A stretch of DNA of 64,000 nucleotides, from assembly GCA_041479025.1 (NCBI GenBank), contig JBGOXG010000001.1, positions 8,262 through 72,261 on the forward strand, given 5' to 3'. Each line of letters opens with the position of its first letter. Positions within the stretch are counted from its first letter, which is position 1. This document shows, in pieces, positions 1-8,927 of this stretch. The notes beneath the pieces were generated by a model. The model ran no database searches. It was not told where the DNA came from and saw nothing but the letters and a program-made list of their open reading frames with translations. Source of the stretch: Anaerolineae bacterium (GTDB lineage Bacteria; Chloroflexota; Anaerolineae; Anaerolineales; Villigracilaceae). The position numbers and the translations under genes are program-made.

Positions 1-756
1 CAAACCTTCTTTTGAATAAAGACTGGCAAAAAAGGCTATTAACGAGAAGGTCGAGAATATCATGACCATAAGTGGTAGGCCCTTTTCTCGCCAGTAGCCT
101 TTTATTGAATCAAAGGAGATATCACAAAAAAACCATCCTGCAATATAAAGGAATTGTGCTAATAGTAGATCCCAGCCGGGAATGTGTTTTCCTAAAAATG
201 TCCAAAGAAATATGCCGGCAATGGAAATGCTCCCCAGCCCGAGGAGAACCTTTCCCAGGCGTTTTTGTGGTGCATTGACCGTTTCAGGTGAATCATCTTT
301 CAGGTTTATTCTTTCAGAGAAGAATATTAGAGGTCCTTCTCTCGTTGTTGTCACTAAAATTATTGTTGCTAGAATACATAGAATAATAATTAAAAAATAG
401 GAGCGGTAGGGGGTAACAAGTCCAAGTCCAATTTCGCGCCACCACCGATCAAGGATTTCTGATTGAAAAGGATATTCAAGCCATTTATATTTCACGATTA
501 GAAGCGCGGGTATGGCAGCGATGATTATTGTCAAGCTGAATAAAAATATGTGCGGTGTTTTTTTCTTTATATCCCCCTTAAGGTTCATACTGCTAACCTG
601 TTCAGCCTCTTCCTGGGGGATTCTTGCCTCCAATTCCCCGACGCGGTTTAATAAGACGAGTTTTTCGTCATTTTCTATCTGGTGTGAAACCGGTTCTTTT
701 GCCTCGTTTGATTCTGGCTGCGATGCCGGATTGTCACTGCTGGATTGAGAAACCAT
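1..756 (-). CDS. Polytopic membrane protein, 3'-truncated by the window edge; possibly GT-C-like, as is its upstream neighbour
   Basis: Absent from the ORF track because no stop lies in the window. My translation of the minus strand from the ATG at 756..754 stays open for all 252 codons to position 1. It begins MVSQSSSDNPASQPESNEAKEPVSHQ and then has hydrophobic segments FLFSLTIIIAAIPALLIV, SYFLIIILCILATIILV and LGLGSISIAGIFLWTFLG. It starts 42 nt after the stop of the 799..3255 gene on the same strand. Confidence 0.5.
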   Translation of the reverse strand, partial: MVSQSSSDNPASQPESNEAKEPVSHQIENDEKLVLLNRVGELEARIPQEEAEQVSSMNLKGDIKKKTPHIFLFSLTIIIAAIPALLIVKYKWLEYPFQSEILDRWWREIGLGLVTPYRSYFLIIILCILATIILVTTTREGPLIFFSERINLKDDSPETVNAPQKRLGKVLLGLGSISIAGIFLWTFLGKHIPGWDLLLAQFLYIAGWFFCDISFDSIKGYWREKGLPLMVMIFSTFSLIAFFASLYSKEGL

Positions 757-798
757 ATTTCACCTTGGTTGGTTTATATAAGAGTTCGCGTTCTAGTT

Positions 799-3255
799 TT
801 ATCGCAGTTTCAACTCCCGTATATGGATATGTGTCGGGTCTTCTAATGTATTATGTTTAATCTCAACCACCAGTTTTTTGACATTTTCAGGGCCTCTGTC
901 AAAGTTGAAATTTGTGGTTGGATCGGAAGGCAGGTTCTTGAAATTTTGCTCATAAATTACCGGATTCACCGAATCTTGCCCATAAAGCTTGATGGTGACC
1001 GTGAAATCTGTCATAGTGGCTGTCGTCAAATCGAGGCCTGTCAGAGTGCGGGCGACCGGGAATTCTAGTTGGACAATCATCGGGTTGGCTTCCAACCCGC
1101 GCATCAAGGTGTATGGGTCTCCATCAAAGATGTTTTGGAGATTTCCGCCATCGATGCGTGAATAGTTCACATGGATAGTCTGCCCATCAAGTGTGATGTC
1201 CTCCTCAATGAGCTGGCTGCGAGCTGCTTTTTCAGCCGCGAAAATTTCATCAATATTATCAGCATATTTCATCCTGACGACATAAAACCCAGGCTCCCCG
1301 TTAGGATATGGAATAATTTTTTCAATATCAATGGTTTTAAACTTTCCACTATCGAGCGCTTTCTTATATTCGTCAATGGTCCAGACGAATAGATCTTGCG
1401 GACTTAAGTCTTGTTTCCTAAAAAGATAGGTATCAATCCCGTCGACGAAAATACGGTTCTTCCACTCCTCCGGCGTAAAAAAGAAATAAACATATCTGTC
1501 GGTGCCATTTGCCCAGACCGGCGTAACGGTTATGTACCTTGTATTTGGATCCCTCACATATTGCGGGAGAGTATCCTGGAAAATTTGCTCTGCGCCATAT
1601 TGCAGTCCATATAATCCATATATGTCTGTCCAAAGAGGTCCATTGACTACAGCATCATTTAGAGTGGTAAGGCTGAGTCCTGTAAAAATTAGAAATACAC
1701 CAGTCGCTACGATAGTAGGTCTAATATTCTTTTCTACCCTGTCCAGCAGCCATTCCAGACCTAACATGGCGAGCAAAGTTGCAGGAATAATGAAAGCCAG
1801 GGTTCGCGCAATGCTGATTTCCAGCATTGAGCCACCTACGGGGGCGGCAAGCGCAGCTATTAATATGGTTCGATATGATGACTCTCGGAAATTCTTAAAG
1901 ACAAGAATAATGCCAATTACAAAAAATGGCAGCGACCAAAGGGGAATATGACCATAACCAATCATTCTATGCCGGATCAAGTCACGACTATTGGCGATGA
2001 ACCAGTATTGAGGGCTGAGACCGGTCAGATAGTTCTTGAGAAAAATGCTAATTTTTTCATCGGTGGAGATATGTTGATACCAATATGAATTGATGGCGCG
2101 TAAATGCGATTCTATGGCGTCCGGAATCTTTATAAGGAAAATTATGAAGGGTATCATTAGCAAGGCAATAAGCGGTAAACACCAAAGGATGATGCGCCTG
2201 TTTGTCAAATGATAACGCCAGTCGGAAATGGCGAGCCCGATCGCAGTTATTCCCATCAGGGCTTGTCCATTTGAATAAGAGTAGAATGTCAGTGCGCCGA
2301 AGAAGACAGCTCCGAATAAATAGCCTGGCGCACGGTAACGATATAGAAGATAGAAAAGCAAAAAGATCGCAAAAAAAGCCGTGGTCATGACCGTTTCGAA
2401 GGCGGTCCGGGAGTGAAGGAACCAGGCAGGCAGGAGAGTTAGAAAGAGTATCGCGCCCCACCAGTACTTCTGTTTAAAAATCAACTTAAGAATTAAACTG
2501 ACTGCAATTACTCCTAGAAAACCAATAAAAATTGATGTAGCTCTTGTTTGTAGGATTGATTTCCCGAAAATTAAAACTGTTACAGCCTGTACGTACATCG
2601 TTGCCATCGGGGACCAGCGGTTCCCTTCGACAGGTACGTACACCGGAATATTTTTGTCATTCGCCGCTAAAAAATTATGTTGGATCAACTGCTCTGCATA
2701 TATACTTTGCATGGCCTCGTCTGAGAAAAAAAATGCAGGAAAGCGATGCAATCCACCAAACCTAGTAAAGAGATATAACGCTAGACTGAGAATAAAGAAA
2801 ATCGTGGTAAGGGGGATATTTATTTTTTGATTTATAGATTCGAATGGTTTTTTCCAGGTCACGGATGGCGTTCGGGATTCCTTTTGTAGACTCTTGCTTA
2901 TGTATGGGTAAGCCGCAATATGTAAATTCCCTGGAATATGTTCTGAAGTAACGCTGGTAAGAGCGTCACCCTTGGCGGGTTCCAATTTTGCTTCCACCGT
3001 TAAATGAACTGAACTTCCAGCAGGCATCGTAAATGACAAATCAACCTGAACTAAGCCGTCCGTGGAGCTAGTTACCGTCTCTGGGGGTCCGTTATGTGCA
3101 GACGTTTCTGATACTGAAATAGTAGTCCCATCCGCCGGAGATGTTGTAGCATTCGAGTGCGATACCTTTTGGGTGGGCGACCGTTTCAACCAGGCCTTGG
3201 GATTTTTGAGTTTATCTTTAAGCCAGTCCAGGATTGAAATTTCGTTATTGTTCAT
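799..3255 (-). CDS. GT-C fold (family 39/ArnT/PMT-like) membrane glycosyltransferase with Ser/Thr-rich N-terminal extension and C-terminal discoidin/galactose-binding-like domain
   Basis: 818-aa ORF. About 160 soluble N-terminal residues are followed by more than 10 hydrophobic helices. An acidic first-loop motif (FFFSDEAMQSIY) is typical of ArnT/PMT enzymes. The C-terminal ~130 aa (NIFDGDPYTLMRG...IHIRELKL) resemble an F5/8-type-C/discoidin module. Confidence 0.6.
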   Translation of the reverse strand: MNNNEISILDWLKDKLKNPKAWLKRSPTQKVSHSNATTSPADGTTISVSETSAHNGPPETVTSSTDGLVQVDLSFTMPAGSSVHLTVEAKLEPAKGDALTSVTSEHIPGNLHIAAYPYISKSLQKESRTPSVTWKKPFESINQKINIPLTTIFFILSLALYLFTRFGGLHRFPAFFFSDEAMQSIYAEQLIQHNFLAANDKNIPVYVPVEGNRWSPMATMYVQAVTVLIFGKSILQTRATSIFIGFLGVIAVSLILKLIFKQKYWWGAILFLTLLPAWFLHSRTAFETVMTTAFFAIFLLFYLLYRYRAPGYLFGAVFFGALTFYSYSNGQALMGITAIGLAISDWRYHLTNRRIILWCLPLIALLMIPFIIFLIKIPDAIESHLRAINSYWYQHISTDEKISIFLKNYLTGLSPQYWFIANSRDLIRHRMIGYGHIPLWSLPFFVIGIILVFKNFRESSYRTILIAALAAPVGGSMLEISIARTLAFIIPATLLAMLGLEWLLDRVEKNIRPTIVATGVFLIFTGLSLTTLNDAVVNGPLWTDIYGLYGLQYGAEQIFQDTLPQYVRDPNTRYITVTPVWANGTDRYVYFFFTPEEWKNRIFVDGIDTYLFRKQDLSPQDLFVWTIDEYKKALDSGKFKTIDIEKIIPYPNGEPGFYVVRMKYADNIDEIFAAEKAARSQLIEEDITLDGQTIHVNYSRIDGGNLQNIFDGDPYTLMRGLEANPMIVQLEFPVARTLTGLDLTTATMTDFTVTIKLYGQDSVNPVIYEQNFKNLPSDPTTNFNFDRGPENVKKLVVEIKHNTLEDPTHIHIRELKLR

Positions 3256-3257
3256 AA

Positions 3258-4421
3258 TTAACGCTGGCCTAATTCGTGACGGGCAATAACCAGTCGTTGG
3301 ATTTCGCTAGTACCCTCATAGATTTCAGTGATTTTTGCGTCTCGAAAATACCGCTCAACTGGTAATTCCTTGCTGTAACCCATTCCCCCGTGGATTTGCA
3401 CAGCTGCATGGGTAACGAACATCGCGGTTTCTGATGCGAATAATTTCGCCATCGATGCTTCAAGGGAGTAGCGTCCATTGGTTTTTTTTGATTTTTCCTT
3501 CGCCAAAGCTGCCTGGTATATTAATAACCGGGCTGCTTCAATTCTGGTTTTCATATCAGCGATCTTGAATGAGATACCCTGAAACTCCCCGATCTTTTGC
3601 CCAAATGCTTCACGGTCATTTGCGTAGGCAACAGACGCTTCGTATGCCGCCTCAGCGATACCGAGCGCTTGCGCGGCTATCCCGATTCTTCCTGTGTCTA
3701 AAACAGTCATCGCTATTTTAAATCCTTCGCCCTCTTGACCAAGTCGATTTTCGACAGGACAGCGATAATTTTCGAAAACAATCTCGCTTGTTGCAGAGGC
3801 GCGAATCCCCAACTTGGGTTCTTTCTTACCACGAATAAAACCTGGCTGGTTGGTTTCTACTATAAAAGCAGTGATGCCTTTTTGTTTTTTGTCAGGATCG
3901 GTCATCATGAAGACCACCATGTAATCGGCAACGGGTCCACTAGTCACCCACGATTTTCTTCCATTCAAGATATAAATATCCCCATCGCGGACAGCGCGGG
4001 ATTTCATCGCGCCAGCGTCTGATCCAGACATCGGTTCAGTGAGGGAATATGCGCCGATCGCATTGCCTGAGGCCACCGGTTTGAGGAATTTCTTTTTCTG
4101 TTCTTCTGTGCCGAATTTATATAGTCCGAAACAGTAAAGCGAGTTGTTGACCGACATGATGGCTCCATGGGCAGCATCAACTTTGCAAATCTCCTTTAAA
4201 GCCAGAACATATGAGAGAGTATCCATCCCAGCACCGCCATATTCTTCAGGGATCTCGATCCCCATTAACCCAATTTCGCCCATTTTCTTTATGGTCTGGT
4301 GCGGAAATTCACCGCTCTCATCGAATTCTGCTGCGATGGGGGCGATTTCCTTTTGAGCAAAATCGCGCGCGGCATTTCGGATCATTTCATGTTCTTTGGT
4401 GAAGGGGAATAGATCACTCAT
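3258..4421 (-). CDS. Acyl-CoA dehydrogenase (short/butyryl-CoA dehydrogenase-like)
   Basis: Full-length ACAD pattern (FPFTKEHEMIRNAARDFAQKEIAP..., YSLTEPMSGSDAG, ...EIYEGTSEIQRLVIAR). Start chosen at the second ATG (MSDLF), which has GGAG 8 nt upstream. The ORF track start is 4445. Confidence 0.9.
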   Translation of the reverse strand: MSDLFPFTKEHEMIRNAARDFAQKEIAPIAAEFDESGEFPHQTIKKMGEIGLMGIEIPEEYGGAGMDTLSYVLALKEICKVDAAHGAIMSVNNSLYCFGLYKFGTEEQKKKFLKPVASGNAIGAYSLTEPMSGSDAGAMKSRAVRDGDIYILNGRKSWVTSGPVADYMVVFMMTDPDKKQKGITAFIVETNQPGFIRGKKEPKLGIRASATSEIVFENYRCPVENRLGQEGEGFKIAMTVLDTGRIGIAAQALGIAEAAYEASVAYANDREAFGQKIGEFQGISFKIADMKTRIEAARLLIYQAALAKEKSKKTNGRYSLEASMAKLFASETAMFVTHAAVQIHGGMGYSKELPVERYFRDAKITEIYEGTSEIQRLVIARHELGQR

Positions 4422-4538
4422 CTTTTCACTCCGGGTTTTTGTCATTATAGCATTTTTGGTGTAACTGGACTTATTGCTAACAAATCTAACTGTTCGTCTT
4501 CACATAGTTAGAATATAATGCCCTGCAAGAGGAAAAAT

Positions 4539-4859
4539 ATGAGCGATGAAATAACTCCCGAACTCTTTCGCCACCTTGTTGAATTGGCTGCTTTGGAATT
4601 AAACCCCGAGGAAACTGAGTACTTGCGCAGGGAGATGAACAATCAATTGAAGTCGATACATGAATTAGTATCGATTCCAATTGATTCTGAGTCGCCAATC
4701 GCCTCTCACGGGATTCCTTATAGCGCCTCGATTTCTGCCTGTATCCGACCGGACAAATGGTATGCTTATTTGGAACCCGGAAAACTTCTTGCTCAAGCTC
4801 CTGAAACAGACGAGGGCTATATTGTCGTACCGGAGATTCCGCACAAGGATTTGGATTGA
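4539..4859 (+). CDS. gatC: Asp/Glu-tRNA amidotransferase subunit C
   Basis: ITPELFRHLVELAALELNPEETEYLRREMNNQLKSIHEL is a typical GatC sequence. It overlaps the gatA start by 4 nt (ATGA). Start set at the internal ATG, preceded by AGAGGA. The ORF track start is 4518. Confidence 0.85.
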   Translation: MSDEITPELFRHLVELAALELNPEETEYLRREMNNQLKSIHELVSIPIDSESPIASHGIPYSASISACIRPDKWYAYLEPGKLLAQAPETDEGYIVVPEIPHKDLD

Positions 4860-6442
4860 TGAAAATTGTAGAACTGCCTGCTCAGGAAATTGCTGACAAA
4901 GTTCGCCGCCGGGAGATCTCAGCCAGGGAAGTATTCGAAGCACACATTTCGTATATCCAAAGCGTAGATGGGATTTCTGGTTCGGTTGACGGGGAAAAGA
5001 CCAATGAGCCTGATAAAATCCATGCCTTCATCAAAGTGACAGCAGATCGTGCCCGGCAGCAGGCGAAGGAGTTAGATGAAAAAATTGCTTCCGGTGAAGA
5101 TCCCGGATTATTAGCAGGAGTTCCGGTGACTGTGAAAGACATTTTCTGTGTAGAAGGCACTCCGTCCACCGCTGCATCAAAAATCCTTGCGAATTTCGTA
5201 GCCCCCTATACGGCCACACCTGTGGCGCGCATGGAAAAAGCTGGTGCGATTGTTCTGGGAAAGGTGAACCTGGATGAATTCACTTATGGCTCATCGAGCG
5301 AATCGTCCGCGTTTCAACCTGCGCCTCGCAATCCGTGGAATACCAACCGTGTCCCAGGTGGGTCGTCCGGGGGCTCGGCAGCTGCAGTAGCTGCATATGA
5401 AGGAGCACTAAGCCTCGGAACGGACACAGCTGGTTCTATCCGTCAACCAGCGGCTTTTTGCGGAGTGGTTGGGATGAAACCGACCTATGGGCGAGTGTCA
5501 AGATACGGGCTGATTGCATTCGGCTCTTCGCTCGACTGCCCTGGACCGCTCGCAAGAAATGTATCTGATGCTGCATTAATGCTCAGAATCATTGCAGGCT
5601 TTGATTCGAAGGATGCTACCGCAGCTATCGTTCCTGTCCCCAATTACGTAGCCGAATTGGAAAAAGGTGTCAAGGAAATGAGAATTGGGATGTCGCCAGA
5701 TTATTTTCGGATTACTTATTTCGATATTGAAACTGGCAATCTGCTGGAACAACCTTTACCTGAAGAGATCAGATCAGCAGTTATAGAAGCTGCAAAAAAA
5801 CTTGAAAAGATGGGTGCAGTAATTGTTGATGATATCCCGATGCCGCACACAAAATATGGTATCCCGGCCTACTTCGTGATTTCTCGTGTTGAGGCTGCTT
5901 CAAATCTGCATCGGTATGACGGGGTTAAATATGGCTACCGCACTCACGAGCATGTAAATAATCTGCGTGAAATGTATCAAAAGTCACGCGGCCAAGGTTT
6001 CGGGCTTCAACCAAAATTACGTATTCTAATGGGAATGTATGTTTCCGCTGCGCAATATAGTGAGCAGTATTACAATCGGGCTCTACGGATTCGGTCGCTC
6101 ATCCGTCGTGATTTCGATGAAGCTTTTGATCCGGAAGGCGAATATCGAGTTAATGCTATCCTTACACCAACAACGCCCACAACTGCATTTAGAGTCGGGG
6201 GCATGTATGGGGATTCGGTTCTGATGCAATATGCCGATCAATTGACAGTACCGGGGAACCATGCCGGAATTCCGGGCATATCCATTCCTACTGGTTTTGA
6301 TACGGATGGATTACCTATTGGCATTCAGTTCCTGGGTCCAGATTTTTCGGAAGACTTGCTTTTACGAGTAAGCCGTGCATATGAACTCGCTACAGAAACC
6401 GAAGCCTGGCGGTCTATAAAACCCGTGATTAACTACACGTAA
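4856..6442 (+). CDS. gatA: Glutamyl-tRNA(Gln) amidotransferase subunit A (amidase signature family)
   Basis: Amidase signature GGSSGGSAAAVAA, plus KDIF..EG..T.AS. Position is directly after gatC. At 528 aa it is somewhat longer than I recall for typical GatA. Confidence 0.95.
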   Translation: MMKIVELPAQEIADKVRRREISAREVFEAHISYIQSVDGISGSVDGEKTNEPDKIHAFIKVTADRARQQAKELDEKIASGEDPGLLAGVPVTVKDIFCVEGTPSTAASKILANFVAPYTATPVARMEKAGAIVLGKVNLDEFTYGSSSESSAFQPAPRNPWNTNRVPGGSSGGSAAAVAAYEGALSLGTDTAGSIRQPAAFCGVVGMKPTYGRVSRYGLIAFGSSLDCPGPLARNVSDAALMLRIIAGFDSKDATAAIVPVPNYVAELEKGVKEMRIGMSPDYFRITYFDIETGNLLEQPLPEEIRSAVIEAAKKLEKMGAVIVDDIPMPHTKYGIPAYFVISRVEAASNLHRYDGVKYGYRTHEHVNNLREMYQKSRGQGFGLQPKLRILMGMYVSAAQYSEQYYNRALRIRSLIRRDFDEAFDPEGEYRVNAILTPTTPTTAFRVGGMYGDSVLMQYADQLTVPGNHAGIPGISIPTGFDTDGLPIGIQFLGPDFSEDLLLRVSRAYELATETEAWRSIKPVINYT

Positions 6443-6481
6443 AAATAAACAGAAACTTAGAATAAAAAAAAAGGAGTTCTT

Positions 6482-7303
6482 ATGAAAATTCTAATTTCAA
6501 GTGACATGGAAGGAATATCCGGTGTGACACTTTGGGATCATGTCGATCCGTCGCATTCCGAATACCAGCGGTTCCGACGTATCATGACAGCTGACGTCAA
6601 TGCCGCAATAAAAGGAACTTTTGAAGGAGGCGCTGACGAAATCATTGTTACCGATGGCCATTGGAATGGGACGAATATCCTGATTGAGGAAATTGATAAG
6701 CGCGTCCAGTTGAATTCAGGTCTTGGGACTGCGCCTTTCTCAATGATGCAAGGAATCGACCAGACTTTTGACGGTGTAATCCTTGTAGGATATCATGCCC
6801 GTGCATCATCCCAAGATGGAATCCTGGATCATACCTGGAGCACAAATATCACTAATGTATGGCTTAATGATGTGCTGGTTGGTGAGTATGGTCTGAATGC
6901 TGCTCTTGCGGGTTACTTTGGTGTACCCGTAATTATGATTACCGGTGATCAGACCGCATGTGCCCAGGCGCTAGAGTTAATTGGTAACCTTGAGTTCGCT
7001 GAGGTAAAGCAGGCTACGGGACGTTTTTCTGCTTCGTGTCTCCCGCCCGAAGTCTCTCAAGAATTGATCCGACAGGCTGCTTTTAAGGCTGTAATGCGTC
7101 TTAAAAATGGCGATACGCCTAAACCTTATCTATTAGCTTCTCCAGTCCTTTTAACAATTGATTTCATGACATCAGATATGGCAGATAAAGTGGAACGTAT
7201 TCCAGGCGCTTATCGCGAAGGAGTTCGGGTAAAGATCTCTGCGCCGGATATGAGTGCTGCCTATAATAGTTTCCGTGCCGCAGCAGGTCTGGCTTCGCTT
7301 TGA
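6482..7303 (+). CDS. dppA: M55 family D-aminopeptidase (DppA-like)
   Basis: N-terminus MKILISSDMEGISGV and overall length (273 aa) match the DppA/M55 peptidase family. AAGGAG RBS lies upstream. Confidence 0.8.
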   Translation: MKILISSDMEGISGVTLWDHVDPSHSEYQRFRRIMTADVNAAIKGTFEGGADEIIVTDGHWNGTNILIEEIDKRVQLNSGLGTAPFSMMQGIDQTFDGVILVGYHARASSQDGILDHTWSTNITNVWLNDVLVGEYGLNAALAGYFGVPVIMITGDQTACAQALELIGNLEFAEVKQATGRFSASCLPPEVSQELIRQAAFKAVMRLKNGDTPKPYLLASPVLLTIDFMTSDMADKVERIPGAYREGVRVKISAPDMSAAYNSFRAAAGLASL

Positions 7304-7477
7304 TAAAATATACTGCCTATGCATAAAAAGGAAAATCCTACGAGTTATTTTCGGTGTCTCTATTAGTTGCGCACGGGTATTATATAAAAATTATTGGTGG
7401 CGTATTTTTTGGCGCTAATTATTGCGACGAAATTCACAAATAATATTTCCGAAAACGACAAATTTAAGATTGTATAT

Positions 7478-7506
7478 TTGACGAATACGACAATGCTGGG
7501 TATAAT
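7478..7506 (+). promoter_or_regulatory. Sigma-70-type promoter of the polyamine-type ABC operon
   Basis: TTGACG (7478..7483), a 17-nt spacer, then TATAAT (7501..7506). It lies about 175 nt upstream of the substrate-binding protein start. Confidence 0.5.
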
Positions 7507-7681
7507 CCCCCGCATGTTATCTGGGGATGGATGTTACTTGTTTAATAAATTAATTACAAATGATGAGTGATTAAAAGAATTGCCAAATGTTAGGATGGAG
7601 GTGATTGACTGCCATATAAGTACCATTTTATTGATTCCCCCAATTACTATTCGCCTTTTTTCTACCCAAGGAGGAGATTTA

Positions 7682-8863
7682 ATGAAATCAAAAAAGTTTT
7701 TTCAACTCATCACTGTCATCGCCTTGGTAAGTCTCTTGATGTCAGCATGTGGAGCTCAGCAAAGTAGCGCAAAGCAACCTTTGCAGAAACTCGGTGCCGG
7801 CGAGGGCCAGGTGGATATCATAGCCTGGGCAGGTTATATCGAGCGCGGAGAGACTGACAAGAATTATGACTGGGTGACCGCATTCGAGCAAGAGACTGGG
7901 TGCAAGGTAAATGTCAAGGTTGCAGCGACATCTGACGAGATGGTTTCGTTGATGAATCAGGGAGGATTTGATCTCGTCACCGCGTCTGGTGATGCGTCCA
8001 ACCGATTAATTGCTGGTGGAAAGGTCCAACCGATTAATACGGATTTAATTCCCTCGTGGAAAAATGTTGACCAGCGTTTGCAAGATGCCCCCTGGAATAC
8101 CGTAAAAGGCGTTCATTATGGAACACCATACCAATGGGGTCCAAACGTATTAATGTACAACACCAATACATTCCCTGACCCCCCGACTTCCTGGAATGTG
8201 GTTTTTGAAGAGCGGACGTTGCCTGATGGCCAATCGAATGCTGGACGCGTGCAAGCTTACGAAGGTCCAATTTATATCGCAGACGCAGCCCTTTATTTGA
8301 AGAATCACAAGCCTGAATTGGGTATTAAAGATCCATACGAGCTAACACGTAACCAGTTCGACGCTGTTGTTGAACTCCTTAGGGGTCAACGTAAACTTGT
8401 GAGTAGATACTGGCACGATGCTTACGTCCAAATGGATGATTTTAAGAATGAAGGTGTTGTGGCTTCGACTTCCTGGCCGTTCCAAGTCAATTTATTAGAG
8501 TCTGAGGGACAGCCGATCTCGAGCACGATCCCTGTTGAGGGCGCTACTGGGTGGGCGGATACTACGATGTTACACGCTGAAGCTCCTCATCCGAACTGTG
8601 CATACTTATGGATGGAGCATTCTCTCGATCCCAAAGTCCAGGGTGACGTAGCTGCATGGTTTGGTTCCAATCCTTCTGTTCCAGCTGCTTGCCAGGCTAG
8701 TGAGTTACTTGGGCCAACAGGTTGTGAGACTAATGGGTTCAATAATTTTGATAAGATTTCGTTCTGGAAAACTCCTGTCGCTGACTGCGGGGACGGCAAT
8801 AATAATTGTGTCCCATATAGCGATTGGGTAACGGCGTATATCGCCGTGATTGGCGGGCAGTAA
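7682..8863 (+). CDS. ABC transporter substrate-binding lipoprotein, spermidine/putrescine (PotD/PotF)-like
   Basis: Signal peptide plus lipobox (MKSKKFFQLITVIALVSLLMSACG), GGAGGAG RBS, family-1 solute-binding pattern, followed by PotA/B/C-like genes. The ORF track start at 7580 is an in-frame upstream extension. Confidence 0.8.
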   Translation: MKSKKFFQLITVIALVSLLMSACGAQQSSAKQPLQKLGAGEGQVDIIAWAGYIERGETDKNYDWVTAFEQETGCKVNVKVAATSDEMVSLMNQGGFDLVTASGDASNRLIAGGKVQPINTDLIPSWKNVDQRLQDAPWNTVKGVHYGTPYQWGPNVLMYNTNTFPDPPTSWNVVFEERTLPDGQSNAGRVQAYEGPIYIADAALYLKNHKPELGIKDPYELTRNQFDAVVELLRGQRKLVSRYWHDAYVQMDDFKNEGVVASTSWPFQVNLLESEGQPISSTIPVEGATGWADTTMLHAEAPHPNCAYLWMEHSLDPKVQGDVAAWFGSNPSVPAACQASELLGPTGCETNGFNNFDKISFWKTPVADCGDGNNNCVPYSDWVTAYIAVIGGQ

Positions 8864-8877
8864 ACCTTTCTATTCGA

Positions 8878-8910
8878 AGTCAGGGGCGTGGCGAGACTGT
8901 GCCCCTGACT
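8878..8910 (+). other. Intercistronic stem-loop after the binding-protein gene
   Basis: AGTCAGGGGC (8878..8887) pairs with GCCCCTGACT (8901..8910), giving a 10-bp stem and 13-nt loop. No clear U-tract follows. Confidence 0.4.
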
Positions 8911-8927
8911 TAATTGCCCAGGATTCT

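Noticed and set aside
7580-7681. N-terminal extensions suggested by the longest-ORF track. Affected ORF starts are 7580, 8850, 9931, 14634, 18709, 27036, 35353, 36046, 44477, 54642, 55834 and 59191.
   Set aside because: Internal starts give proper signal peptides or family-typical N-termini and have Shine-Dalgarno sequences. They also remove overlaps with upstream genes. The extensions have no coding support.
7507-7681. Known riboswitch in the ABC operon leader.
   Set aside because: I could not identify conserved cores of any class I know (TPP, SAM, glycine, lysine, guanidine, c-di-GMP and others). It is kept only as a low-interest unexplained long leader.
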